NCBI GenBank assembly: GCA_019058445.1
Contig: JAHPZA010000003.1
Coordinates: 420,919-484,918, forward strand
Length of the DNA: 64,000 bases
Source: Promethearchaeota archaeon
GTDB taxonomy: Archaea; Asgardarchaeota; Lokiarchaeia; Sigyniarchaeales; SOKP01
Direction of reading: 5' to 3'
Positions 21,321 through 31,990 of the stretch are shown here, in pieces. How positions within the stretch are numbered: the stretch's first letter is position 1; each line of letters begins with the position of its first letter. The notes under the pieces were generated by a model. That model worked only from the letters and a program-made list of their open reading frames with translations, made no database searches and had not been told where the DNA came from. Position numbers and translations under genes: made by a program.

Positions 21321-22148
21321 TTATTTACCCTTAAATTTAGGTTGTCGTTTCTGCAAAAACGCGGATACTCCCTCCATGACATCTTTAGACACAGAGTTAA
21401 CCGCGTATCCGAGGTGTTCAAATTGAAGACCTATGTTTAATGGAACTTGAGAGCCATAATCAATGCATTTTTTAATTACAAATAGACTATTTGTGGGGGC
21501 ATTTCCTAAGCAAGATGCTTTTTCATGCACAAGTTCCTCGAATTTATCATCATCTGCTAAAAATGACACAATATTCCATTCATACATCTGTTCAGCAGTA
21601 TAATGTTCCCCAAAAAATAGCAATTCTTTCGTTTTAAATTTACCAAGATGTCTGATTAATCGCTGCGTTCCTCCATTTGCGGGAAAGATTCCTCGTTTAA
21701 TTTCGGGAAAGCCAAAACTAGATCTTTTTGACGCTATGATAACGTCGCATACCAATACTAATTCAAATCCCCCACCTAAGGCAAAACCATCTACCGCAGC
21801 AATTAAAGGTTTTGGAAATTCCTCAATTAAGTCATAATATTTATGTCTCCTATACATTGCATGACATTGATGCCTTAAATTTCGTTGGTCTAAATCAGAC
21901 GACCCTCGCGCGGAGAGATCTGCACCTGCTGAGAATGCAGGTTTTTTAGTAAAATCTTTAGTACCTCGTAAAACTACGCATCTCGCTTCTGGATCAACTT
22001 CTAAAGTTTCTAAAGCTTCTGCTATTTCTCGCAGCGTCTGATTTTGAAGCGCATTCAATTTATCTGGTCTATTTATCGATACTACAGCATAATTTCCTTC
22101 TGCTACTTTTTCTATTTTCACATGTTCAAACTTTTTTTCTTCTGACAA
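21321..22148 (-). CDS. Enoyl-CoA hydratase/isomerase (crotonase)
   Basis: NRPDKLNAL, FSAGADL, GGGFEL and FGFPEI (both catalytic Glu), GGTQRL; TTG start. Confidence 0.9.
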   Translation of the reverse strand: MSEEKKFEHVKIEKVAEGNYAVVSINRPDKLNALQNQTLREIAEALETLEVDPEARCVVLRGTKDFTKKPAFSAGADLSARGSSDLDQRNLRHQCHAMYRRHKYYDLIEEFPKPLIAAVDGFALGGGFELVLVCDVIIASKRSSFGFPEIKRGIFPANGGTQRLIRHLGKFKTKELLFFGEHYTAEQMYEWNIVSFLADDDKFEELVHEKASCLGNAPTNSLFVIKKCIDYGSQVPLNIGLQFEHLGYAVNSVSKDVMEGVSAFLQKRQPKFKGK

Positions 22149-22312
22149 TTTGTTTAAACCTTGTTTTCTTTAATTTTTATATATATATATAGTTAAAATT
22201 TTTAAGAATCTAAATTAGGTTTTTTAATAATTAAAACTAAATCATTTTTTGTATTCATTGCATTAAATTAAAATTTTAATTTTTAGTAAATAATCAAAAT
22301 CCTTGAGAAAAA

Positions 22313-23452
22313 ATGTCTGAAGCGATAGATAATAAATATAAAAAAGTTGCAAAGATTCTCACTAGTGTTCCTGGCGGATTTCCACATCCAGTATCTGATA
22401 CTTTATTGGCTATTTTAAAACATGCTATAGCAGAAGAAAACCTAAATTTTCTAATGACATTCAAAAAAAATATCTCTCAATCCATGGAACAATTGAAAGA
22501 AAGTAGTGGTCTGACTGAGGAAGAAATCTTAGAAAAAGCGGATGCATTAGCAAAAAAAGGTGTTATATTTAATCAGCCAAGCTCTAGTGGAGTTATGGTG
22601 TTTCGATTATTACCCGTTGGGAGGCAATTTGAATATACTTTCATGCAAAAGCTTGAAAAAACCAAGGAAAATATGGAGTTATCAGAATTATTCCATAAAT
22701 TAAATCAAGAAGTAGAAGATCTGATTCAAAAAAATTATGATAGATTTATCCCAGGTTTTAGTAAAATGCCTCCAGTTGATCGAACAGTACCCATTTTAAA
22801 AAACAGAGCAACAGGTAATGACCTAAATATCATCGTGAATGAGGAATTAAGAGTTCCCGAACAAGTAGTAATTCCTACTCAAAAAGTCGAAGAATTGATA
22901 AATAAGTTTGATGACATTGCTGTAGGTCATTGTTATTGCCGACAGCATAAAGAATTTTTAGGAGATCCATGTAAACAATTTGATCTCACGCCGAGTTGTT
23001 TTACTCTTGGTAAAAGTGCTCGCCATACATCTAATCATGGTTTTTCTAAATTAGTCTCAAAGGAAGAAGCACTCGAGATTTTAAAGAAAATTGAGGACGC
23101 AGGATTAGTTCATAAAGCCTATCATTTACATAGCGATACTAGCAAAGAAGAAGTAGCCATTTGTAACTGTTGTAGTTGTTGTTGTTTGACAGCACGCGAT
23201 TGTCTAATTTTCCCTGTAGCGAATGCAACCAACTACTTAGCCAGTATAGACCAAGATTTATGTATAGGATGTGGCACTTGCGTAGAAAAATGTTATAGCA
23301 AGGCTATATTTTTAAATGATGACAATAAGGCGGAAAGAATAGAAGAATATTGCGTTGGATGCGGAGTATGTGCATATTTTTGCCCCGAGAACGCGATATC
23401 TTTAATTGAAGGTCAAAGAATAGTGAGATTGAATCCCCCCCGCAAACAATAA
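22313..23452 (+). CDS. 4Fe-4S dicluster domain protein with Cys-rich central domain
   Basis: CYCR, CNCCSCCC, C-terminal CIGCGTCVEKC and CVGCGVCAYFCP ferredoxin motifs. Confidence 0.85.
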   Translation: MSEAIDNKYKKVAKILTSVPGGFPHPVSDTLLAILKHAIAEENLNFLMTFKKNISQSMEQLKESSGLTEEEILEKADALAKKGVIFNQPSSSGVMVFRLLPVGRQFEYTFMQKLEKTKENMELSELFHKLNQEVEDLIQKNYDRFIPGFSKMPPVDRTVPILKNRATGNDLNIIVNEELRVPEQVVIPTQKVEELINKFDDIAVGHCYCRQHKEFLGDPCKQFDLTPSCFTLGKSARHTSNHGFSKLVSKEEALEILKKIEDAGLVHKAYHLHSDTSKEEVAICNCCSCCCLTARDCLIFPVANATNYLASIDQDLCIGCGTCVEKCYSKAIFLNDDNKAERIEEYCVGCGVCAYFCPENAISLIEGQRIVRLNPPRKQ

Positions 23453-23561
23453 AGATTTAATTAAAATTTTATTTTTTGTTTTTTTTTGTAATTTAACATC
23501 GTAAGAAGTAGAATAATGTAAAATTAATATATCAATTTTCAAAATCCAAAAGAGAATAAAT

Positions 23562-25166
23562 ATGGATCTTAAGAGACCTAATGTTGTTATAATCCTTGCT
23601 GACGATATGGGGTATTCTGATATTGGCTGCTATGGTGGGGAGATTGATTCTCCCAATCTTGATAAATTAGCCAAGAATGGGATAAGATTTACACAATTTT
23701 ATAATACGGCACGATGTTCTCCATCAAGGGCGTCATTGTTAACTGGATTACATCCTCATCAAACGGGAATTGGGATCTTAGTAGATGATGACAGTCCTGA
23801 AGGGTATGCTGGAGATCTCAATAAAAACTGTATTACAATTGCGGAAATTCTTAAAGAAAATGGATATAGGACTTACATGAGCGGTAAATGGCACATGTCC
23901 ACCAGCACATTTACAGTCTCTGATTCTTGGCCGAATCAGCGAGGTTTTGAACATTTTTATGGTACTATTATAGGAGCAGGATCTTACTTTTATCCTCGGA
24001 CTTTAACTAGAGATAATATAAATATTGATGATGAAGCTAATGAGCCAGATTTTTACTATACTGATGCGATAAGTGCCAATGCTATAAAGTATATTAATCA
24101 ACATTATAAAAATACTCCAGAGCAGCCATTTTTTCTTTATGTTGCCTATACCGCACCTCATTGGCCTTTACATGCACATGAAAAGGATATAGCGAAATAT
24201 AAGAGACGATTTGATGAGGGGTGGGATAAATTACGTCAAGAAAGACTAAAACGAATGGTGAAAATGAATATTATTGATAAAGAATGGGAATTATCAACCC
24301 GGGATCCAAATGTATCACCTTGGGAACAGGTAAAAAATAAAGGATGGGAAGCAAGGCGGATGGAAGTTTATGCCGCACAAATTGATTCTATGGATCAAGG
24401 AATAGGGAAGATCATTTCAGCGTTAGAAAAAAATGGGCAATTACAAAATACTTTGATAATTTTTCTTTCAGACAATGGTGGATGCGAAGAGCCAATTGGG
24501 GCGCGAATGGCAAAATTGATGGTAAGTGAGGGTTCCGCTCGGGAATATACCCGTTCGGGTGAAAACGTTAAATTTGGGAATAAATATCGGATAATACCTG
24601 GGGCGGAAAATACGTATCAGAGTTATGGTGTGGCGTGGGCAAATGTATCAAATACACCCTTTAGAAAATATAAACATTGGACTCATGAAGGAGGAATCGC
24701 AACGCCGTTTATTATTCACTGGCCTGAAAAAATTAAAGCAAAAGGTGAATTAAGGAATCAACAAGCGCAATTGACAGATGTTATGGCAACAATCGTAGAT
24801 ATCACCGGATCCCAATATCCAGAAGAATATAAAGGAAACAAAATCTTACCTTTGGAGGGAACTAGTTTAGTCCCGATATTTGATAATCGCGATAATGACA
24901 AAGGAATGTTATTTTTTGAGCATGAAGGCAATGCTGCAGTACGTGAAGGAAAGTGGAAACTTGTAAAGGACTATCCTAATGAATGGGAATTATATAGTAT
25001 GGAAGATGATCGCACCGAACTAAATAATCTGATTGATAAGTTTCCTGAACGTGCAAAGAATATGATAAATGCTTATGAAGAATGGGCGAAACGTTGTGGG
25101 GTAATCCCAAGAGAGAAGATTCTTGAAATATATAAGCAAAAATATAGAAATGCTCAAATAAAATAA
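23562..25166 (+). CDS. Arylsulfatase (Cys-type, formylglycine-dependent)
   Basis: ILADDMG, CSPSRASLLTG, GKWH, TAPHWP, LSDNG. Confidence 0.93.
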   Translation: MDLKRPNVVIILADDMGYSDIGCYGGEIDSPNLDKLAKNGIRFTQFYNTARCSPSRASLLTGLHPHQTGIGILVDDDSPEGYAGDLNKNCITIAEILKENGYRTYMSGKWHMSTSTFTVSDSWPNQRGFEHFYGTIIGAGSYFYPRTLTRDNINIDDEANEPDFYYTDAISANAIKYINQHYKNTPEQPFFLYVAYTAPHWPLHAHEKDIAKYKRRFDEGWDKLRQERLKRMVKMNIIDKEWELSTRDPNVSPWEQVKNKGWEARRMEVYAAQIDSMDQGIGKIISALEKNGQLQNTLIIFLSDNGGCEEPIGARMAKLMVSEGSAREYTRSGENVKFGNKYRIIPGAENTYQSYGVAWANVSNTPFRKYKHWTHEGGIATPFIIHWPEKIKAKGELRNQQAQLTDVMATIVDITGSQYPEEYKGNKILPLEGTSLVPIFDNRDNDKGMLFFEHEGNAAVREGKWKLVKDYPNEWELYSMEDDRTELNNLIDKFPERAKNMINAYEEWAKRCGVIPREKILEIYKQKYRNAQIK

Positions 25167-25181
25167 ACGATAGTCTAACTT

Positions 25182-26057
25182 TTATTTAGCTCTTTTAAGC
25201 ATAATTCTGGATATATTTCTAGTAACTTTTTGATCAGGTTTCGGATTGGTAATTACTCGATTTAAGTACGAAAATCCATTAATAAAACGCTCTTTTAAGG
25301 AGGGTCCTATATGATCTGCTCCATATACCATCCTAAATTCATGATTTATTCCATTATCAAATAATATACGATGGATAAATTCTGCACCACGATATAATCC
25401 TAACATATCTTCAGTACCTACTTCGATATATATCTTAACATCTGATTCTCGAATTTTTTCGGCGTTTTTCATAGCAAGATATGATGGATTATTCATTTTC
25501 CAATACTCTTCATCAAAAGGCGACCCAAAAATTGTTTCCATAACTTCTTTGCTACGGTAAAACTTATCTCTTTTTTTAACCTCTTTCCATTCTACGGCAG
25601 GTTCTATTCCCGGTTCAAAAGATACAAGAACTCCAAATTTATTCGGATATTTAAATCCCATTCTTAGTGTTCCCATCCCTCCCATTGAAATACCTCCGAG
25701 ATATGTTTTCTTCGGATCTTTAAAAACTCGAAAATCTTGTAAAAGAACGGGTATTAGTTCATTAAGAATGAAAGTTTCCCATTTCTGAGAACCATCTCGA
25801 TAATCCATATAAAATGATCGGTCACAATGAGGAGTAACTATTATCATTTCTATGAGCGATTTTTGTTTCCCCATATCTCGAATAAGAGGTCTAATGTTAT
25901 TTTTAAGAAATCCACTGTACCCACCACCTCCATGAAGAAGTAACATCAATGGATATGTATTATCTGTTGATTCATAATCAGATGGATATAGTACGCTATA
26001 TTTAACTGGACTCGGTACTAATTCCGTTTCTATTTTAAAATCTTGGACTTTTACCAT
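25182..26057 (-). CDS. Alpha/beta-hydrolase esterase (S-formylglutathione hydrolase / CE1-like)
   Basis: YPLMLLLHG, SFYMD, WETFILNEL, GGISMGG nucleophile elbow, GTED, GADH. Confidence 0.82.
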   Translation of the reverse strand: MVKVQDFKIETELVPSPVKYSVLYPSDYESTDNTYPLMLLLHGGGGYSGFLKNNIRPLIRDMGKQKSLIEMIIVTPHCDRSFYMDYRDGSQKWETFILNELIPVLLQDFRVFKDPKKTYLGGISMGGMGTLRMGFKYPNKFGVLVSFEPGIEPAVEWKEVKKRDKFYRSKEVMETIFGSPFDEEYWKMNNPSYLAMKNAEKIRESDVKIYIEVGTEDMLGLYRGAEFIHRILFDNGINHEFRMVYGADHIGPSLKERFINGFSYLNRVITNPKPDQKVTRNISRIMLKRAK

Positions 26058-26098
26058 TATTTTTTTTCCCTTCTAAGTATTATTATTTATAATTTGAA

Positions 26099-27052
26099 CT
26101 ATTTAAATTTAAGTTCAGAGATTGCAATCCCCGATTCACCGGCTATTACATATAATAAGAAAATTCTCTTCTCTTCTTCATAAATAGCAGGATCGCGTAA
26201 TTGACAGACTAGTCCGATTATTGCCCCTCGTAAAGATGGTTTTGGTTCTAAATTGCCTCCTTCCCAATCCATTTCGGGATGTAAAATTTCGATTGGAAGA
26301 GAGGGTTTCCATTTCTTCCAATCATTTGTTAGTTGAATAGTTGAGAGCAAAATTCTTTCTGGAGAATCTCCAACCTGCGTCCAAAAGATCTGCAATTCAT
26401 CTCCATCTATCCTTATAGCTGAATGACGCATATTTCGGTTAAATAGCATGGGACCTTGCTCAAAATTATTAATTCCATTTTGAGATCTATAGAATATGCC
26501 CGGCATAGACATTCCATAAAACCATCCATTGTATTTAAATACTCTAAGGTAAGGAAAGGAAATAATATCTGGCTCCGCATTAAAATGGATTCCGTCTTTA
26601 GAAAGTGCAACCCTCGTCATTTGGTGTCCGGTCTTTAAAAGACCATGGTAATACATTCGAATTTCTTGTATATCATCTAGGACATGGACATCTGGAGATG
26701 CTATATGAGGCATTGACTCATCTGGACCGTTATATTTTGGATCTTGAGTGATTTTTACTATTCGATTTGAAGGAGTTGTAGGAAATAGAGATTCTTCCAA
26801 ATGAAGGGTACCCTTATTGTATATTTGCCATGGTCCCTCCAGATGATCAGCATATGCCAACCTTATATAATCTCCCTTATGTGCTGAAAAATATAGGTAA
26901 TACCTGCCAAGACACTCATCAATCCAGTTAGGCACACGAATTAATGAAGGTCCTGCTATATTTTTTCCTAAACTGTCATCCATCTCAGGGTAAATTATTG
27001 GATTATTTTTAAATCGCGTTATTTCAAATTTTATAATTTCCTTTTCCGCCAT
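26099..27052 (-). CDS. Five-bladed beta-propeller glycoside hydrolase-like protein
   Basis: NNPII, GPSLI, YYLYFS, HIASPDV, MYYHG, SKDGIHF, QLRDPAI repeats typical of GH43/32/130-like propellers. Confidence 0.6.
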   Translation of the reverse strand: MAEKEIIKFEITRFKNNPIIYPEMDDSLGKNIAGPSLIRVPNWIDECLGRYYLYFSAHKGDYIRLAYADHLEGPWQIYNKGTLHLEESLFPTTPSNRIVKITQDPKYNGPDESMPHIASPDVHVLDDIQEIRMYYHGLLKTGHQMTRVALSKDGIHFNAEPDIISFPYLRVFKYNGWFYGMSMPGIFYRSQNGINNFEQGPMLFNRNMRHSAIRIDGDELQIFWTQVGDSPERILLSTIQLTNDWKKWKPSLPIEILHPEMDWEGGNLEPKPSLRGAIIGLVCQLRDPAIYEEEKRIFLLYVIAGESGIAISELKFK

Positions 27053-27122
27053 TTTATTATCATTGATATTATGATTAATATTTAGATTTAAGAAAAATCT
27101 TATCTATCTTTTTTGATTATAT

Positions 27123-28283
27123 TCACACAGGTTTTAACGGATATTTCCTATATTTCTCAATAGCAGCTCTTAGTGATAAAATATTATCCCATGGTGCATT
27201 GAGAACATTATGACTTGGCCCAGCGAAATATCCCCCTCCTTGAGCAGCAGCACTAATACATCTTTTTACTTCTTCCTCAACATCTTTTGGAGTTCCAAAA
27301 TTTAAGATGTCAGAAGAATCTATGCCACCGATAAAGCATAAGCGATTGCCAAGTGTGTTTTTTAATTGTGCTAAATCAACTCCCGCTGCCGGTTCTAATG
27401 CCTCAACAGCATTTAAACCTGCATTAACCATATGTGTTAATAATTTATCAATATATCCACATGAATGTTGGACAATTAACATATCTCTTTTTTTACACGC
27501 ATTATATATTTTTTTATAATAAGGAAGGACGAATTCCAAAAAGTTTTGAATAGAAAAGATGGAACGCCCTTTATACCCTAAATCATCAAACATAAACGCA
27601 ATTTCAACCCCCGCCTCTCCAAAACGTTTCACAAACTCAATGTTAGTCTTTGCGTATTCTGACATGACTTCGTGGATAAACTTCGGATCTTTTTTCATGT
27701 AATATTTTGCTCTAATAATTGTCATTCCTTCAAAAAGCGCTTCGTGAGGAGCTATTGGTAAAATAGCCATAGGAAAGAAATATGGTGATAGAGTTTCAAC
27801 AAAATCTTCCCATATCTGAGGGGAATAATTTACCTTATCGTTAATCAATTCTGATGGCCTTCCAAACTTCTCCCAGAGTGTGTATCGCCGTTCTGGGGTC
27901 GTAAAATAGCCATCTACATACCACACATAATCCCATCCCGTTTCAATTTGTTTTACGTTTTTATAGATTTTACCACTAATAGGATTAATTTGGCAATTGG
28001 GATATTCAGGGGGTGCTTTTTGACGTTTAAATTTCAATTTTGAGCCAAAGGGATCCATACAGTACGTATCAACATTCCAAAACTGCTGTTCGGTGATAGA
28101 GAATTTCGCTTTCTTGAACTTAGGTTTCACCCACATAGTATTTTCCTTTCTTTCCTTGGAATTTAAATAATATTGAAACGAAGTACCACTCTGCTCAAAT
28201 CCACTATTGAAAATGGGCACTATATCAGGCTCTCCATCAAGTTCAAGCGTACGTAATACGCGTTCTCTTTTTGTTAATCCCAT
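27123..28283 (-). CDS. UroD/MtaA-superfamily methyltransferase paralogue 1
   Basis: KRERV N-terminus, DDLG, QHSCG, GGID, GTP.DVEEEV, GPSHN; ATG 28283 aligns with the starts of the other paralogues. Confidence 0.85.
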   Translation of the reverse strand: MGLTKRERVLRTLELDGEPDIVPIFNSGFEQSGTSFQYYLNSKERKENTMWVKPKFKKAKFSITEQQFWNVDTYCMDPFGSKLKFKRQKAPPEYPNCQINPISGKIYKNVKQIETGWDYVWYVDGYFTTPERRYTLWEKFGRPSELINDKVNYSPQIWEDFVETLSPYFFPMAILPIAPHEALFEGMTIIRAKYYMKKDPKFIHEVMSEYAKTNIEFVKRFGEAGVEIAFMFDDLGYKGRSIFSIQNFLEFVLPYYKKIYNACKKRDMLIVQHSCGYIDKLLTHMVNAGLNAVEALEPAAGVDLAQLKNTLGNRLCFIGGIDSSDILNFGTPKDVEEEVKRCISAAAQGGGYFAGPSHNVLNAPWDNILSLRAAIEKYRKYPLKPV

Positions 28284-28346
28284 AGTATAAGGTTTTAAAT
28301 ATTTTAATTTAAAAAATTTGACAATAAGTATTAAGACTTTCAAAAA

Positions 28347-29510
28347 TTAGTTTAATTTTAAAGGATATTTGCGGTACTTTTCAATAGCAGCTCTCATTGC
28401 GAGCACATTTTCCCAGGGCATGTTTAAAATATTGTGACTAGGTCCTACAAAATATCCGCCACCTGGAGCTGCTACTTTTATACATCTTTTTACTTCTTCT
28501 TCAACATCTTTCGGAGTTCCAAAGTTAAGAACTCGAGAAGAATCTAATCCTCCCAGAAAGCACACTCTTTCGCCTAAAGTTTCTTTTAAATGTGTCAGAT
28601 CAACGCCAGAGGCTGGTTCAAGTGATTGAATACCGCTTAACCCCGCATCGACCATATCAGGCAAAAATTCATCAATTTTTCCACATGAATGTTGGATGAT
28701 AAACATTCCGTTTTTTTTACACGCTTCATATGTTTTTTTATAATACGGTAAAACAAATTCTCGAAAACTGCTGATAGAAAAAATAGTTTGACCCTTATAA
28801 CCCAAATCATCCCCCATCCAAGCTACCTCAACGCCAGCTTCAGCAAAACGCTTTATAATTTCGATATTCGCTTTAGTATACTCTCCAATTACATCATGAA
28901 TGAATTGGGGCTTTTTACGCATATAAAATGCTACTTTTGGTATTGTTATCCCTTCGAATAAAGCTTCATGAGGAGAAATCGGCAATTCTGCAAATGGATA
29001 AAGGTATGGAGAAAGTGCTTCAACGTAACTTTCCCATATCTCTGGAGAGTAATTAATCCGATCGTTTATTAATTCTGACGGTCTCCCATATTGATCCCAG
29101 TAAGAATATAAAATTTCTGGGGTTTTGAAATATCCATCGATATACCATGAATAATCCACGCCAGTTTCTACCTGTTTTACGTTCCTATATAACCTGCCAC
29201 TAATTACGTCAAGACGACAATTTGGATATTCTGAAGGTGCTTTTCTCATTTTGTGCTTTACTTTTGAATAGCCCCAGGGATCCATATGATGAGCATCAGC
29301 ATTCCAAAATCGCTGTTCCGTTATTAAATATTTAATTTTCGTAATTTTGCATTGAACAGCTAGCTCAGACTCTTTTCTTTCTTTAGAATTTTGGAACTGA
29401 TGAAATGAATCACTGGTACGTTCAAATCCCATATTATGAATAGGGACCATATCTGGTTCTTCATCGAGTTCAAGAGTTCGAAATACTCGTTCTCGTTTTG
29501 ATAATACCAT
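28347..29510 (-). CDS. UroD/MtaA-superfamily methyltransferase paralogue 2
   Basis: SKRERV, MGDDLG, QHSCG, GPSHN. Confidence 0.85.
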   Translation of the reverse strand: MVLSKRERVFRTLELDEEPDMVPIHNMGFERTSDSFHQFQNSKERKESELAVQCKITKIKYLITEQRFWNADAHHMDPWGYSKVKHKMRKAPSEYPNCRLDVISGRLYRNVKQVETGVDYSWYIDGYFKTPEILYSYWDQYGRPSELINDRINYSPEIWESYVEALSPYLYPFAELPISPHEALFEGITIPKVAFYMRKKPQFIHDVIGEYTKANIEIIKRFAEAGVEVAWMGDDLGYKGQTIFSISSFREFVLPYYKKTYEACKKNGMFIIQHSCGKIDEFLPDMVDAGLSGIQSLEPASGVDLTHLKETLGERVCFLGGLDSSRVLNFGTPKDVEEEVKRCIKVAAPGGGYFVGPSHNILNMPWENVLAMRAAIEKYRKYPLKLN

Positions 29511-29557
29511 AGTTATAAGGATAATTTTTGTTTTAAAAAATGTTTGTATAGATTAAT

Positions 29558-30721
29558 TTAAGCTAAATTTAAAGGATATTTTCGATATTTTTCAATGGCA
29601 GCTCTCATTGCGAGCACATTCTCCCAGGGCATGTTTAAAATATTGTGACTAGGTCCTACGAAATATCCGCCACCTGAAGCTGCTGTTTTAATTCCTCTTT
29701 TTACTTCTTCTTCAACCTCTGCAACTGTTCCAAAGTTCAAAATTCTAGAGGAATCCAATCCCCCCAGAAAGCACAAACGATCTCCTAATGTTTCCTTCAA
29801 ATGCGCCAAATCAACACCAGCGGCTGGTTCAAGTGCTTGAATGCCGTTTAACCCAGCATCTACCATATCAGGCAAGAACTCATCGATTTTTCCACATGAA
29901 TGTTGTATGATATAAATTCCGCGTTTTCTACATGCCTGATAAATCTGCTTATAATAGGGAAGGATGAATTCTCTTAATTGTTTTAAGGAAAAGATAGTCT
30001 GGCCTTTATATCCCAAATCATCAAACATAAATACAATCTCAACTCCCGCTTCAGCAAAACGCTTAATAATTTCAACGTTAGTTTTTGCATATTCTGCCAT
30101 TACCTCATGAATGAATTGTGGATTCTTGCGCATATGATACGCGACCTTGGTAATAGTCATCCCCTCAAAAAGCGCTTCATGAGGAGCGATAGGAAGCCAA
30201 GCCATAGGATACAGATAAGGTGAAAGTGCTTCCACAAAAGCTTCCCAAATCTGAGGAGAATAATTGGGCCTATCATTGATTAATTCTGAAGGTTTCCCAT
30301 ATTTATCCCAATATGAATATACAATGTCAGGGGACCTAAAATATCCATCAATATACCATGAATAATCTAACCCTGTCTCAACTTGCTTTACATTCTTATA
30401 TAATCTTCCGGTTAAAGTATCAATACGGCAATCGGGATATTCTGGAGGGGCTTTTTTAATTTTTTTTTTCACTTTTCCTACTCCCCATGGATCCATAAAA
30501 TTAGCATCGACATTCCAGAATCGTTGTTCTGTTATATAATATTTTAATTTAGTTGCCTTGCTTTGAACCCATGAAAGACAATTTTTTCTTTCATCAGAAT
30601 TCTGATAGTCTAAAAAGGTTTTACTTGTACGTTCAAATCCCAACGTAAAAATTGGGACCACATCAGGTTCTCCTTCGAGCTTAACTGTCCGAAGTACTCT
30701 CTCTCTTTTTGATAATACCAT
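29558..30721 (-). CDS. UroD/MtaA-superfamily methyltransferase paralogue 3
   Basis: SKRERV, MFDDLG, QHSCG, GPSHN. Confidence 0.85.
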   Translation of the reverse strand: MVLSKRERVLRTVKLEGEPDVVPIFTLGFERTSKTFLDYQNSDERKNCLSWVQSKATKLKYYITEQRFWNVDANFMDPWGVGKVKKKIKKAPPEYPDCRIDTLTGRLYKNVKQVETGLDYSWYIDGYFRSPDIVYSYWDKYGKPSELINDRPNYSPQIWEAFVEALSPYLYPMAWLPIAPHEALFEGMTITKVAYHMRKNPQFIHEVMAEYAKTNVEIIKRFAEAGVEIVFMFDDLGYKGQTIFSLKQLREFILPYYKQIYQACRKRGIYIIQHSCGKIDEFLPDMVDAGLNGIQALEPAAGVDLAHLKETLGDRLCFLGGLDSSRILNFGTVAEVEEEVKRGIKTAASGGGYFVGPSHNILNMPWENVLAMRAAIEKYRKYPLNLA

Positions 30722-30804
30722 AGTAAAGGTTTAATTGTATTTCTTAAATAAATTTTCTTTATAATTATTCAAGAAATCACATAATTGTATAATATCCCTC
30801 TAAT

Positions 30805-31974
30805 TCAATTTATATTTAGAGGATACATGCGATATTTCTCAATTGCAGCTCGTAAAGCTAGAATATTTTCCCAAGGCGCATTGAGGATATTGTGACTTGG
30901 TCCCGCGAAATATCCTCCTCCTCGAGCAGCGGCTTTAATACATCGTTTTACTTCTTCTTCAATATCTTTTGGAGTTCCAAAGTTGAGAATATTAGAGCTA
31001 TCAATTCCACCTAAAAAGCTCAACCGATCTCCAAGTGATTCTTTTAAATGTGGTAAATCGACGCCTGCGGCAGGTTCAAGCGCTTGAATTCCATTAAGAC
31101 CTGCTTTGACCATATGAGGCAATAATTTATCAATATATCCACAGGAATGTTGAATAAAGAACATACTGTTTTTCTTAGCCGCTTGATACATCTGTGTATA
31201 ATATGGGAGTAAAAATTCCTTAAATTGCTCAATGGAGAAAATTGAGCGCCCTTTGAATCCTAAATCGTCTAGATTAAATACTATATCAACACCAGCTTCT
31301 GCTAATCTCTTAATAACTTCTAAATTTAGCTTAGTATATTCATTCAGAACTTCGTGAATGATTTTTGGATTTTTTCTCATATAATATCCTACTCGCGGAA
31401 TGGTCATCCCTTCGAATAAAGATTCAGATATAGGTACTGGTAAAATAGCCATGGGATACAAGTATGATTCAAGTGACTTTATGTAACTATCCCAAATCTG
31501 CGGGGAGTAATTTAAGTTATCATTAATCTGATCAATAGGTTTTCCATATTTATCCCAGTATTCGTGGACGATCTCAGGCGTTTTAAAATAGCCATCTTCA
31601 TACCATATATACGATAGCCCTGTATCGATTTGTTTGGTAGCCTTAAAAATTCTTCCATCAAGTGGAAACATACTCCCTTTAGGATATTCAGGAGGAGCTT
31701 CAATAATTATGAAATTAAATTTTACCCCCCATGGGTCCATTCCATGAAGATCTACATTCCAGAATCGTAATTCTGTAATACTTCCAGCCCACTGATATTT
31801 AAACCTTGAGAAATCATTTTTAATATAGGTTTTGTATTTTGTATACTCCTCAGATTTCCGGAAGTATTGATAAGAAATACCTGTTTTTTCAAGTCCTAAA
31901 TTATGTATAGGGATTATATCGGGTTCTTCAAGCTCCAGAGTCCTAATAACGCGTTCGCGTTTTGATAAAGTCAT
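30805..31974 (-). CDS. UroD/MtaA-superfamily methyltransferase paralogue 4
   Basis: SKRERV, NLDDLG, QHSCG, GPSHN. Confidence 0.85.
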   Translation of the reverse strand: MTLSKRERVIRTLELEEPDIIPIHNLGLEKTGISYQYFRKSEEYTKYKTYIKNDFSRFKYQWAGSITELRFWNVDLHGMDPWGVKFNFIIIEAPPEYPKGSMFPLDGRIFKATKQIDTGLSYIWYEDGYFKTPEIVHEYWDKYGKPIDQINDNLNYSPQIWDSYIKSLESYLYPMAILPVPISESLFEGMTIPRVGYYMRKNPKIIHEVLNEYTKLNLEVIKRLAEAGVDIVFNLDDLGFKGRSIFSIEQFKEFLLPYYTQMYQAAKKNSMFFIQHSCGYIDKLLPHMVKAGLNGIQALEPAAGVDLPHLKESLGDRLSFLGGIDSSNILNFGTPKDIEEEVKRCIKAAARGGGYFAGPSHNILNAPWENILALRAAIEKYRMYPLNIN

Positions 31975-31990
31975 GATTGATCATTATCTT

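Noticed and set aside
27123-28283. Paralogue 1 as a recombinant chimera (N-half like copies 2/3, C-half like copies 4/5)
   Set aside because: Equally explained by a simple tree in which copies 2 and 3 share derived C-terminal changes; cannot be separated by eye.
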